From Patulibacter sp. (GTDB lineage: Bacteria > Actinomycetota > Thermoleophilia > Solirubrobacterales > Solirubrobacteraceae), in the NCBI GenBank assembly GCA_047604965.1, contig JASGGQ010000001.1, forward strand, positions 88-64,087: a stretch of 64,000 nt of DNA, written 5' to 3'. Below are positions 38,137-47,234 of the stretch, one piece after another. The notes below the pieces were generated by a model. It saw only the letters and a program-made list of their open reading frames with translations. It did no database searches and had not been told where the DNA came from. The first letter of the stretch is position 1; each line of letters begins with the position of its first letter. The translations under genes were made by a program, and so were the position numbers.

Positions 38137-39030
38137 CTACGAACTGAGCTGGCGTCGTTTGCTGATGCCCCACCGTTTGAAGGCGCGGTCGAGCGTGCGG
38201 GCAAAGCGCTTTGCCGATCCCCGCAGTTCGTGGCGGCGTGCCGCCACGGCAATCGCGCGGCGTGCCTCGCCGGCTTGGCCGAGCCGGACGAGGTCGGCGG
38301 CGTACGCGGCGATGATCGGCCGGGTGTCGCCGACCTGCTTGCGGCGCAGTGTGCGCAGCGCCTTCTGGTGGATCCGTGCGTCGCTGCGCAGCAGCTTCGT
38401 CGCGCGGCGGGAGAGGTCGCTGATCTTGCCATTGCGCAGCCCAAGCGCCCGCACCGGGCCGCGCGCATCGGAGTTCCAGATGGCCGGCACCCGCGCGTCG
38501 GCCGCGACGAACTCCGGCGCTTCACTACCGGCCACATTCGCCAGCCGGTAGCCGGTCGTCGGCCAGGTCAGCACCTGCGTCGTATACGTCACGCCGGTGC
38601 GGTGGTAGACCACCGACCGCGTGCAGCAGTCGACGCCGCCGGTGAAGACATCGACGATCACCTCCGCTTCGGTGTCGTCATCGAGATCGACGGCCAGCAG
38701 CGTCGGGGCGTGGAAGACCGAGTCAAGCGCGGCATCGGGGAGCGGCTGATCGTTGACCAGCAGCTGATCGCCAAGCTTGATCGTCAGGCGGATGTCCTTC
38801 CACACCGGCACGGTGTTCTTCGAGCCGTCGGTGTACGCGATCGAGGCCGCGACGGTGGTCGTTACCGGAGCCTTGGCGACCGCCGTCGCGCTGCTCAGCA
38901 GGGCGACGAGCGGCGCGCAGAGCAGCGCGGCGGTGTGGCGCCGGCGCCGGTCTCGGATGTTCGTCGCAGCTGTGGCCGTCACGTTCGCCGACGATCCTAT
39001 GCGGCTTCGCGCCGTTTCGGTACTGCGCAA
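38137..39030 (-). CDS. Secreted hypothetical protein
   Basis: 297-aa ORF with high GC3 and a signal-like segment (AALLCAPLVALLSSATAVA). I recognise no domain; LLAVDLDDDTEAEVIVDVFTGGVDCC is vaguely FG-GAP-like. The start is uncertain. Confidence 0.6.
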   Translation of the reverse strand: MRSTETARSRIGSSANVTATAATNIRDRRRRHTAALLCAPLVALLSSATAVAKAPVTTTVAASIAYTDGSKNTVPVWKDIRLTIKLGDQLLVNDQPLPDAALDSVFHAPTLLAVDLDDDTEAEVIVDVFTGGVDCCTRSVVYHRTGVTYTTQVLTWPTTGYRLANVAGSEAPEFVAADARVPAIWNSDARGPVRALGLRNGKISDLSRRATKLLRSDARIHQKALRTLRRKQVGDTRPIIAAYAADLVRLGQAGEARRAIAVAARRHELRGSAKRFARTLDRAFKRWGISKRRQLSS

Positions 39031-39154
39031 TTGTGGTGTGTCGCCGACTTCACGTCGCGGGCGTCGTCGATGCGGCCGGTCGAGGGGAGACCGCCGGTGT
39101 GCCGGTGGGGCGCAACGACCGCGCCGGCGACGCCCGCAGGGAGGCCCGAGTTGG

Positions 39155-40171
39155 CTACTTGATGAGCACCGAGGTGCCGACCGGCACGCGCGGATAGAGG
39201 TCGATCACATCTTTGACGTGCATCCGTAGGCAGCCGTGGCTGGCGCGGCTGCCGATCGACCAGTCCTCGCTCGTGCCGTGAATCCCGACGCCATCGACGA
39301 TCCCCAGCCAGCGCGCCTTCAGCGGATTGTTGGCGGCGCCGCCCGGAATCGTTTGCCCGGCCAGCGAACCGGCCCACGCCGAGTTCGGCACATGCCAGAC
39401 GGGATTGATGGCTTTGTTGGTGATCGAGTACATCCCCGCCGGCGTGTCGTGCCCGGCTGCGCCGACGGCGATCGGGTACGTCTTGCTGAGCTTGAGGCCC
39501 TTGAAGAGTCGTAGCTTGAAGGTGCTGCGATTGACGGTCAGGATCGTCCAGTACTTGCGCTTGAGGGTGCCTTTGGTAACGGCGGCCTTGACGGCCAAGC
39601 GCTTGGGGCTGAGGTTGCGCGGCGCCGTTGGATCTTTGAGCGCCGCGGTGATCGACGAGGCAAGCGTGTTGACGTCGACGCGGCGGCCGACCGTATGCGG
39701 CGCGACCTGGATCTTGTCGACCTTGATTGCGATGCGGGCGTCGACCGGCTTGCGGTACTCCTTCGCGGCGACCTTCTCCGCGAAGGCGCGGACGTTCGCG
39801 TACGAGTAGTTCACCGTTGGTTTGACCGTCGCCTTTGCTGAGGCCTTCGCGGCGGCGGCGGCGGTCGCCGTGCTGTCGATGCTGTAGAGCGCCTGACCGG
39901 CACTTAGCGGATAGCGATGGCCGCCGACGAGCACGACCACGTCGCGCTGAAGCTCGCTGCGCGCGCCGTCGAGTTTGGCGGCTGCTTCGGTGGTGGTCAG
40001 GCCGCCGAGGTCGACGCCGCCGGAGCTCACGCCGTCGGCGATCGTGGTGTCCGGGGTGGTCGAGGTGGCGGTCGTGTCGCGGGCGATCGCGCCCGGAGCG
40101 GCGATGCTCGCGGCCAGGAGGCAGGTGGACGCAAGCGCGCGCGACACGACGACGTTGGCACGCGAAGGCAT
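39155..40171 (-). CDS. L,D-transpeptidase (YkuD catalytic domain)
   Basis: I re-set the start to MPSRANVVVSRALASTCLLAASIAAPGAIA (ATG 40171). The C-terminal YkuD domain has the catalytic motif GIHGTSEDWSIGSRASHGCLRM. Confidence 0.92.
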   Translation of the reverse strand: MPSRANVVVSRALASTCLLAASIAAPGAIARDTTATSTTPDTTIADGVSSGGVDLGGLTTTEAAAKLDGARSELQRDVVVLVGGHRYPLSAGQALYSIDSTATAAAAAKASAKATVKPTVNYSYANVRAFAEKVAAKEYRKPVDARIAIKVDKIQVAPHTVGRRVDVNTLASSITAALKDPTAPRNLSPKRLAVKAAVTKGTLKRKYWTILTVNRSTFKLRLFKGLKLSKTYPIAVGAAGHDTPAGMYSITNKAINPVWHVPNSAWAGSLAGQTIPGGAANNPLKARWLGIVDGVGIHGTSEDWSIGSRASHGCLRMHVKDVIDLYPRVPVGTSVLIK

Positions 40172-40342
40172 GGCCGACAAGGTACCGACCGGCCGATCGC
40201 GGTCGTGCAGGTGGCGCTGCACGCGGGCCGGCGGGTCGCTCGTTGGTCCATCCGGGCCGTTGTGTGCGGCAGATCGTGCGATCCGGAGGCGCGCAGCCGA
40301 TAAAGTAAATTAACACCATCCTGTTTACGCTATTTTCTGAGT

Positions 40343-41371
40343 ATGTCCGCAACGGCCACCCCGCACTCCGCCCTCCCGGCCACTGAGCTGCGCCGCGCGA
40401 TGGGGCGCTTCGCGACCGGCGTCACCGTCATCACCGCCCGTGACGACGATGCGCGCCCGGCCGGCACCACCGTCTCCGCCGTCAGCTCGCTCTCGCTCGA
40501 TCCGCCGCTGCTGCTGATCTGCCTCGACCGCCGCAGCCAGACGCTCAAAGCGGTGCGCGACCACGATGCCTTCGCGGTCAACGTGCTCGGGGCTCACCAC
40601 CGACCGCTCTCAGACGCATTCGCTCGCTCGGCCAACAGTACCGCGTGGGACGGCGTCTCCCATCGCGACGGGCGCACCGGCAGCCCGCTGCTCGACGACG
40701 CGCACGTCGCGCTTGACTGCCGCGTCGAACGGATCGCCGACGGCGGCGATCACGAGATCGTGATCGGCCGGATCGTTGAGATCCATCACCCGTCCGACGA
40801 CGCCGACCACGAGCCGCTGCTGTTCTACGGTGGCCGCTACGCGCGCCTGACCGATGAGCCCGACGCCGCCGAACGCGAACTGCGCGTCACGCGCGACGAA
40901 GCCGCCGCACAGGCCGTCGATTGCCAGCTCCCGACTGCGGCCGGGAACTTTCGGCTGGTCGCGCACGAACGCTCGTCGCACGACCTCACCGCCGCGCTGG
41001 TGTACGGCGATCCGGCCAGTCACCCGGCTCCCGTCGTCCACGCGCAGGTCGCCTGCCTGCTCGGCGATGCGCTGCGTGGCCTGGCCTGCGACTGCGCGGC
41101 GCGGCTTGCCGAAGCGCAGCAGGCGATCATCGAGCGCGGCGCCGGCGTGCTGCTCTACACCAAACGCTACGGCGTCGATGCCGAGCTGCGCTGCGCCGCC
41201 GCGCAACTCCCCGACATCGCGATCGGCGCCGGCTTGCTGCAACGGATCGGCGTGCGCCACGCCGCCTTCCTCGACCCGTCGTCGGCGGCGGCACGCCGGC
41301 TCGCGGCGGCAGCCGAGGTCATGCCGCTGCATGCCGACCGGACCCGCGACACCGCTCGCGAGGCGGCGTAA
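40343..41371 (+). CDS. Fusion protein: flavin reductase (HpaC/SsuE-like FMN-binding split barrel) plus a degenerate GTP cyclohydrolase II (RibA)-like domain
   Basis: N-terminus: LRRAMGRFATGVTVITARDDDARPAGTTVSAVSSLSLDPPLLLICLDRRS (flavin reductase domain). C-terminus: LPTAAGNFRLVAHER...VVHAQVACLLGDALRGLACDCAARLAEAQQAIIERGAGVLLY. That segment parallels RibA (HSECLTGD...CDCG.QL...GRGILLY) and keeps C-x10-C-x-C, but it lacks the following GRxIGL...catalytic segment. Confidence 0.75.
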   Translation: MSATATPHSALPATELRRAMGRFATGVTVITARDDDARPAGTTVSAVSSLSLDPPLLLICLDRRSQTLKAVRDHDAFAVNVLGAHHRPLSDAFARSANSTAWDGVSHRDGRTGSPLLDDAHVALDCRVERIADGGDHEIVIGRIVEIHHPSDDADHEPLLFYGGRYARLTDEPDAAERELRVTRDEAAAQAVDCQLPTAAGNFRLVAHERSSHDLTAALVYGDPASHPAPVVHAQVACLLGDALRGLACDCAARLAEAQQAIIERGAGVLLYTKRYGVDAELRCAAAQLPDIAIGAGLLQRIGVRHAAFLDPSSAAARRLAAAAEVMPLHADRTRDTAREAA

Positions 41372-41513
41372 CGCCGCCGACGATCTTGCCGGGACACCAC
41401 AGGCGCCGCGAGCGCGGACATCGCACGGCTGGTGCCGGCGACGCTTCCACTCTCGCGGCGCCGTTCCGGCCACCCGCCCCGACTTCCTTGCAACCTGGAG
41501 ATACACCGTCGCT

Positions 41514-42653
41514 ATGCCTGTCACGCTGCACTGGTTCCTTCCCACCAACGGCGATTCCCGCAGCGACCTGTCGCTCGGCAACGCGGTCGGCGCCGCCGGC
41601 TCGCGGGTCGGTGAGGGGGACTCCAGCGACCGGCGGCCGACGCTCGAATACCTCAGCCAGATCGCCGTCGCCGCCGAGCAGCAGGGCTTTGCCGGTGCGC
41701 TGACGCCGACCTCCAGCTGGTGCGAGGACGCGCTGGTGACCGCTGCGGCGCTGAGTCAGTGGACGACGAACTTCAAGTATCTCGTCGCCTTCCGGCCGGG
41801 GATGCAGCGGCCCACCTACGCAGCGCACCAGGCGGCAACCTTCCAGCGCCTGACCGGCAACCGGCTGCTGCTGAACGTCGTCGTCGGCGGCGATGACATC
41901 GAGCAGCGCCGCTACGGCGATGCCGCCGGCAAACAGGAGCGGTACGCCCGCGCCGGGGAGGCGCTGCACATCATCCGCGAGCTGTGGACGGGGGAACCGG
42001 TGACCTTCCACGGCGAGCATCTGTGGGTCGAGGGGGCGCAGCTCGAACCGCCCGCCGTGCAGCCGGAGATCTTCTTCGGCGGGTCGTCGCCGGCCGCGAT
42101 CGAGGTCGCCGGCCGCTACGTCGACGTGTACCTCACCTGGGGCGAGCCGCCCGCGCAGGTCGCCGAAAAGCTTGAGCTGGTGCGGGCCGCTGCCGCGAAG
42201 TGGGAGCGCGAGGTGCGCTTTGGGATTCGCCTGCATGCGATCGCGCGTGATACCTCCGATGAGGCGTGGAATGAGGCCGACCGGCTGCTCGCCGGGCTCG
42301 ACCCAAAGCAGATTGAGGCTGCGCAGCTGATCCAGCGCGCGTCGCAGTCTGAGGGGCAGCGCCGCATGACCGAACTGCATGGCGGCCGGCTCGACAATCT
42401 CGTGGTGAGTCCAAACCTTTGGGCGGGCGTTGGGCTCGTGCGCGGCGGCGCCGGAACGGCGCTCGTCGGCAGCCACGAGGAGATTGCCGATCGGATCGCC
42501 GAATACCACGCGCTGGGGATCGACCACTTCGTGCTCTCCGGCTACCCGCATCTCGAAGAGGCGTACCGCTTCGGTGAGGGCGTGACGCCGGTCCTGCGGC
42601 GCCGTGGGTTGCTCGCGCCGGCCGTCGGAGCGTCCCGGAGTTCGCGGGACTGA
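41514..42653 (+). CDS. ssuD: LLM-class FMNH2-dependent alkanesulfonate monooxygenase (SsuD-like)
   Basis: I re-set the start to MPVTLHWFLPTNGDSR (ATG 41514, GGAGA upstream). It shows the SsuD-type luciferase-like barrel blocks (LLNVVVGGD, FFGGSSPAA, YPHLEE). The symbol is by similarity only. Confidence 0.85.
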   Translation: MPVTLHWFLPTNGDSRSDLSLGNAVGAAGSRVGEGDSSDRRPTLEYLSQIAVAAEQQGFAGALTPTSSWCEDALVTAAALSQWTTNFKYLVAFRPGMQRPTYAAHQAATFQRLTGNRLLLNVVVGGDDIEQRRYGDAAGKQERYARAGEALHIIRELWTGEPVTFHGEHLWVEGAQLEPPAVQPEIFFGGSSPAAIEVAGRYVDVYLTWGEPPAQVAEKLELVRAAAAKWEREVRFGIRLHAIARDTSDEAWNEADRLLAGLDPKQIEAAQLIQRASQSEGQRRMTELHGGRLDNLVVSPNLWAGVGLVRGGAGTALVGSHEEIADRIAEYHALGIDHFVLSGYPHLEEAYRFGEGVTPVLRRRGLLAPAVGASRSSRD

Positions 42654-42820
42654 TTGGGTTTGCGTCGCTCCGAGTCCGGCGCGCCTTGCGGGTACCCGAA
42701 TGGGCATTGCGCGGCCGGCGTGCCATGGCGCGCGCCAGAAATGCCATAAAGTCAGTTGTCATTACGGGATTATGGGTGTCGAGGTATGGCCTCGCCCCAG
42801 CGACGCCGAGGAGCCCTGCG

Positions 42821-43999
42821 ATGCCGACCGACCCCACCACCGAAGCGATCCGGTTCGCCTACTGGGTACCGAACGTCAGCGGCGGCTTGGTCGTCTCGAC
42901 GATCGAGCAGCGCACCGACTGGTCGTACGAGTACAACGCCAAGCTCGCGCGAATCGCCGAACGCGCCGGTTTTGACTACGCACTGAGCCAGGTTCGCTAC
43001 ACCGCCAGCTACGGCGCCGAATACCAGCACGAATCGACCTCGTTCTCGCTGGCGCTGCTGCTCGCCACCGAACGCCTGAGCGTGATTGCCGCCGTTCACC
43101 CCGGCCTCTGGCAGCCCGGCGTGCTCGCGAAATGGCTGGCGACCGCCGACCACATTTCCGGCGGACGGATCGCCGTCAACGTCGTCTCCGGCTGGTTCAA
43201 GGACGAGTTCCGTCAGCTCGGCGAGCCGTGGCTTGAGCACGACGAGCGGTACCGCCGTAGCGCCGAGTTCATCCAGGCGCTGCGCGAAATCTGGACCAGC
43301 GACGACGCGCAGCTCGCCGGTGACTTCTATCGCGTGCGCGACTTCAACCTCAAGCCCAAGCCGCTCAGCTGGGACGGCCGGCCGCACCCCGAGATCTTCC
43401 AGGGCGGGAACTCCACGGCGGCGCGCGGCAACGGCGGGCGCTACGCCGACTGGTACTTCAGCAACGGCAAGAGCTTTGAGGGCGTGCAGGAACAGCTCGC
43501 CGATCTCAAGCAGATCGCCGCCGACGCGGGCCGGCCGAACCCACCGAAGTTCGGGCTCAACGGCTTCATCATCGTGCGCGACACCCAAAAGGAAGCCGAA
43601 GAACAACTGCGCGAGATCATCGCCAAAGCGCACGTCGAAGCGGTCGCAGGGTTCGGTGCGGCCGTCCAGCAGGCCGGGCCGTCGACGGCCGACAAATCCG
43701 GGATGTGGGCCGACTCCAAGTTTGAGGATCTCGTGCAGTACAACGACGGGTTCCGCACGCAACTGATCGGCACGCCGGAGACGGTCGCGCGGCGGATCGT
43801 CGACTACCGCAAGCTCGGCGTCGATCTGATCCTCGGCGGCTTCCTGCACTTCCAGGAGGAGGTCGAAGCGTTCGGTCGCGACGTACTGCCGATCGTTCGG
43901 GAACTCGAAGTCGAAGCGGGCCTGGATCCCACCGCCGTGCCCGACCCGCTCGCCGGGCTGAGCGCAGGCCCGGCTCCGCTGACGCATGCCGGTCGCTGA
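42821..43999 (+). CDS. LLM-class flavin-dependent monooxygenase, dimethylsulfone monooxygenase (SfnG)-like
   Basis: The start is MPTDPTTEAIRFAYWVPNVSGGLVVS (ATG 42821, GAGGAG upstream). Blocks typical of the SfnG/NtaA-SnaA-type LLM subgroup: AYWVPNVSGG, VNVVSGW, IFQGGNS. Confidence 0.8.
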   Translation: MPTDPTTEAIRFAYWVPNVSGGLVVSTIEQRTDWSYEYNAKLARIAERAGFDYALSQVRYTASYGAEYQHESTSFSLALLLATERLSVIAAVHPGLWQPGVLAKWLATADHISGGRIAVNVVSGWFKDEFRQLGEPWLEHDERYRRSAEFIQALREIWTSDDAQLAGDFYRVRDFNLKPKPLSWDGRPHPEIFQGGNSTAARGNGGRYADWYFSNGKSFEGVQEQLADLKQIAADAGRPNPPKFGLNGFIIVRDTQKEAEEQLREIIAKAHVEAVAGFGAAVQQAGPSTADKSGMWADSKFEDLVQYNDGFRTQLIGTPETVARRIVDYRKLGVDLILGGFLHFQEEVEAFGRDVLPIVRELEVEAGLDPTAVPDPLAGLSAGPAPLTHAGR

Positions 44000-45215
44000 A
44001 CCGCGCGCCGCGCAGCAGGGGCTGCCGCCGCTGCTGCGCAGCCACGATGAGGCGGTGGCCGCCGCGTCGGCGTTGGCCGGCAAGCTGGCGCCCGGTGCGA
44101 TCGAGCGTGATCGTGCCGGGGCGGTGCCGTGGGAGGCGCTCAGCTGGCTCGATCGCAGCGGGCTGCTCTCGATCACGTTGCCCGCCGCGCTGGATGGCCC
44201 CGAACTGGGAGCGCGCACGCTTGCTGAGGTGATCAGGATCATTGCGGCAGCCGACCCGGCGATCGCACAGGTTCCACAGGCGCATTTCCTGTTCCCGCTG
44301 GCGCTCTGGGAGGTCGGGTCGGCCCGCGGGCGTGCGACGCTCGCCCAGGTAATCCTCGGCGGCGGGCGGATCGGCAATGCCGTCGCCGAACGCGGCGGCC
44401 AGCACGCCCAGGACACCCGTACGCGACTGCTGCGGCATGGCGGCGAACTGCTGCTGCGCGGCACCAAGTACTACTGCACTGGCGCGATCAGCTCCGCCTT
44501 GATCGCGGTCAGCGCGATCGACGAGCACGACCGGTCTCTGCTGGCGTTCGTGCCGCGCGACGCACCGGGCGTTACGGCGCACGACGACTGGTCGGTCTTC
44601 GGGCAGCGCGCGACGGTCAGCGGCACCACCGAGTTTTCGGATGTCGTCGTTGATCCCGAACTGGTCATCGACTATCAGGAGCTGTACGACGCGCCGCAAA
44701 CGCTTGGCGCTCGCGCCCAGCTGGTGCATGCGGCGATCGAAGTCGGCATTGCGCGCGGCGCGCTCGACGATGCCGCAGCGTTCCTACGCGAACGTGCGCG
44801 CCCGTTCTTTGAGGCGGTGCGTGGCGGGTGGGCGCAGCGTGCCGCCGACGACCCACACACGATCCACCGCTTCGGTGAGCTGGACGTGCGCGTTCACGCC
44901 GCCGAAGCGTTGCTGCGCGCCGCCGCCGAACGGCTCGACGAGACGCCGGTGCGGCCCGATGATCCGCAGGTGGCCGCCGAAGCATCGGTCGCCGTTGCCC
45001 GCGCGAAGGCGTACGGGAGCGAAGTTGCGGTGCAGGTCGCCAGCGATCTGTTCGCGCTGACCGGCACGTCGGCCGCCGATGCGAAGTACGGGCTCGATCG
45101 CCACTGGCGCAACGCCCGCACCCATTCGATTCACGACCCGGTCGCCTGGAAGTACCACCACATCGGCGCGTGGGGGATCAGCGAAACCCTGCCCCCCAAC
45201 CACGGCCAGCTCTAA
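43986..45215 (+). CDS. SfnB-family sulfur-acquisition oxidoreductase (acyl-CoA dehydrogenase fold)
   Basis: 409 aa with an ACAD-like layout and the characteristic C-terminus LDRHWRNARTHSIHDPVAWKYHHIGAWGISETLPPNHGQL. It overlaps the upstream gene by 14 nt. Confidence 0.85.
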   Translation: MPVAEPRAAQQGLPPLLRSHDEAVAAASALAGKLAPGAIERDRAGAVPWEALSWLDRSGLLSITLPAALDGPELGARTLAEVIRIIAAADPAIAQVPQAHFLFPLALWEVGSARGRATLAQVILGGGRIGNAVAERGGQHAQDTRTRLLRHGGELLLRGTKYYCTGAISSALIAVSAIDEHDRSLLAFVPRDAPGVTAHDDWSVFGQRATVSGTTEFSDVVVDPELVIDYQELYDAPQTLGARAQLVHAAIEVGIARGALDDAAAFLRERARPFFEAVRGGWAQRAADDPHTIHRFGELDVRVHAAEALLRAAAERLDETPVRPDDPQVAAEASVAVARAKAYGSEVAVQVASDLFALTGTSAADAKYGLDRHWRNARTHSIHDPVAWKYHHIGAWGISETLPPNHGQL

Positions 45216-45225
45216 CTCCCCCGTC

Positions 45226-45277
45226 CGCCGAGCGTCGAGATTTGGCCCCTATAGGGGCCAAATCTCGACGCTCGGCG
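45226..45277. repeat. 48-bp perfect palindrome, copy 2 (identical core at 45228..45275, extended here to 52 bp by a CG on each side), between the convergent sfnB-like and ssuB genes
   Basis: Read directly. The core is identical to 2601..2648. It lies 11 nt after the sfnB-like stop and 32 nt before the ssuB stop. Confidence 0.9.
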
Positions 45278-45308
45278 GGTGCGGCGCCGGCGGTGGGGTG
45301 CAGCGCGG

Positions 45309-46130
45309 TTAGTGTTCGATCGCGGTGCGGACGCGGCCGGCGAAGCTCGCGAACTCCGGCGTTCCGCGCAGCGACGGATCGCGTGGACCGTCCGCGAATG
45401 GCGGGCGCTCGTCGAAGACAATCCGGCCGGGGCGCGGACTCATCACCAGCACGCGCGTGCCGAGGAAGACCGCTTCGTCGACGCCGTGCGTGATGAACAC
45501 GGCGGTGCGGCGTGACGCCAGCCAGATGCGATGCAGCTCCAGCTGGAGGTGTTCGCGCGTGAGCGCATCGAGCGCGCCAAACGGTTCGTCGAGCAGCATC
45601 AGCGGCGGCTCGTTGGCCAGCACGCGCGCGATCTGCGCGCGCTGCTGCATGCCGCCCGACAGCTCGTACGGCTTGGCGTCGCCGAACTCCCGAAGCCCGA
45701 CCAACTCCAGATGTTCGTCGGCGATCCGCCGGCGCTCGGCCCGGCCCACCCCACGCAGGCGCGGGCCGAGCGCGACATTTTCCCGCACCGAATACCACGG
45801 GTACAGGTTTGGCTGCTGGAAGACGACGCCGCGTTCCGGCGCGGGACTCGACACCGCCGCATCGTCGACGAGTACCGCGCCGTCGCTGGGTGCGATGAAG
45901 CCGGCCAGCAGCGAGAGGAGCGTGCTTTTGCCGCAGCCCGACGGGCCGACGAGCGCGACGAACTCGCCCGGCTCGATCGTCAGATCGAGCGGGCCGAGCG
46001 CGTCGGTCGCGCGGCCGTCGGCCTCATAGCGGTGGCGCACGCCACGCAGCTCGGCGCGCAGGCCCGCGCGCTGGCGGTCCGGCGGCGAACCGGCGGGCTC
46101 AGGAGGCTGCGTGGCGGCGCCGCCGGTCAC
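45309..46130 (-). CDS. ssuB: Aliphatic sulfonate/taurine ABC transporter, ATP-binding protein
   Basis: Walker A GPSGCGKST, signature LSGGMQQR, Walker B MLLDEPFGALD. 4-nt overlap with the binding-protein gene. Confidence 0.92.
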   Translation of the reverse strand: MTGGAATQPPEPAGSPPDRQRAGLRAELRGVRHRYEADGRATDALGPLDLTIEPGEFVALVGPSGCGKSTLLSLLAGFIAPSDGAVLVDDAAVSSPAPERGVVFQQPNLYPWYSVRENVALGPRLRGVGRAERRRIADEHLELVGLREFGDAKPYELSGGMQQRAQIARVLANEPPLMLLDEPFGALDALTREHLQLELHRIWLASRRTAVFITHGVDEAVFLGTRVLVMSPRPGRIVFDERPPFADGPRDPSLRGTPEFASFAGRVRTAIEH

Positions 46131-47167
46131 TGGCCGGCGACCTCGGTGGCCGGCGCGGCGTTGACGGCCTTGGCGTACGACTCCTGCGGCTGCACCGACG
46201 GAATCTGATCGAGCTGCTTGTTGAACTGCGCGGCGGCGAAGAGATTCTTCGCCAGGCCGCCGCCCAGGTAGTCGGCGCCGATCTGCTCCTTGGCGTCGAG
46301 GAAGATCAGGCCCTTGGCTTGGCTCTTGACGTCATCCGGCGAGAGGTTCAGCTCGGCCCCGACGGCGGTCGCCCACGCGGTCTCGTCGCTGCGGTATAGC
46401 TCCACCGCCTTGTTTTGCTGCGCGACCCAGCTCTTGAGCGCGTCCGGGTATTTGCTGGCGAACTCGTTCGTCGCGACGGCCAGGTCGTACGTCGTATTGC
46501 CCTTCTTGGCGAGGTCGGCGGAGGTGACGAGGATCTTGCCGCCGTCCTTGACGATTTTGTCGAGGTTCGGGTTCCAGACGTATGCGCCGTCGATGTCGCC
46601 GCGCGTCCACGCCGCGTAGATGTCGTCCGGCTCGGCGTCGATCACCTTCACCTTCGACTGGTCGATCCCGGCGTTCTTGAGTGCCGCCAGTAGCGAGTAG
46701 TGCGAGGTCGAAGCCAGCGGCGTCGCGATCGTCTTGCCTTCCAGCTGCGACAAGCTGGAGATGCTGGACTTGACGGCGAGCGCTTCGGCGGTGCCGATCA
46801 CATCGTGGATCCACGGCACTTGGTAGGCGAGCGGCTGCGAGAGTCCACGGGACACCGGGCTCGAGCCGGCGAGGCCGATGTCGATCGACTTCGCGGCGAC
46901 CGCTTCGTTGACCGAGCCGCCGGAGTCAAACAGCTTCCATTCGATCTTCGTGTTCGGGAGCGCCTGCTCGAGCCACCCCTCGTGCTTGACGACCAGGTCG
47001 CCGTTCGGGATCGCTTGATAGCCGATCGTGATTGTTTGCGGGGCGCTGCTCGTCGCCGAGGTTGAGGCGCTGTCCGACGCTGAATCATCGCTGCCGCATG
47101 CCGCGACGGTGGCGGCAAGCAGGCCGGTCGCGAGTGCGGTGAGCAGCAGGGGACGAGTACGGGGCAT
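46127..47167 (-). CDS. ssuA: Aliphatic sulfonate/taurine ABC transporter, substrate-binding lipoprotein
   Basis: I re-set the start to MPRTRPLLLTALATGLLAATVAAC (lipobox, ATG 47167). TauA/SsuA-like blocks: ITIGYQAIPNGDLV, FDSGGSVNEAVAAKSIDIGLAGSSP. Confidence 0.88.
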   Translation of the reverse strand: MPRTRPLLLTALATGLLAATVAACGSDDSASDSASTSATSSAPQTITIGYQAIPNGDLVVKHEGWLEQALPNTKIEWKLFDSGGSVNEAVAAKSIDIGLAGSSPVSRGLSQPLAYQVPWIHDVIGTAEALAVKSSISSLSQLEGKTIATPLASTSHYSLLAALKNAGIDQSKVKVIDAEPDDIYAAWTRGDIDGAYVWNPNLDKIVKDGGKILVTSADLAKKGNTTYDLAVATNEFASKYPDALKSWVAQQNKAVELYRSDETAWATAVGAELNLSPDDVKSQAKGLIFLDAKEQIGADYLGGGLAKNLFAAAQFNKQLDQIPSVQPQESYAKAVNAAPATEVAGQ

Positions 47168-47234
47168 GGGTGGGTGTCCGAGCGGTTGGGGTCGTTGGGG
47201 GTGGAGGAAGAAGAGGCGCAGCACCGGCAAGCGG

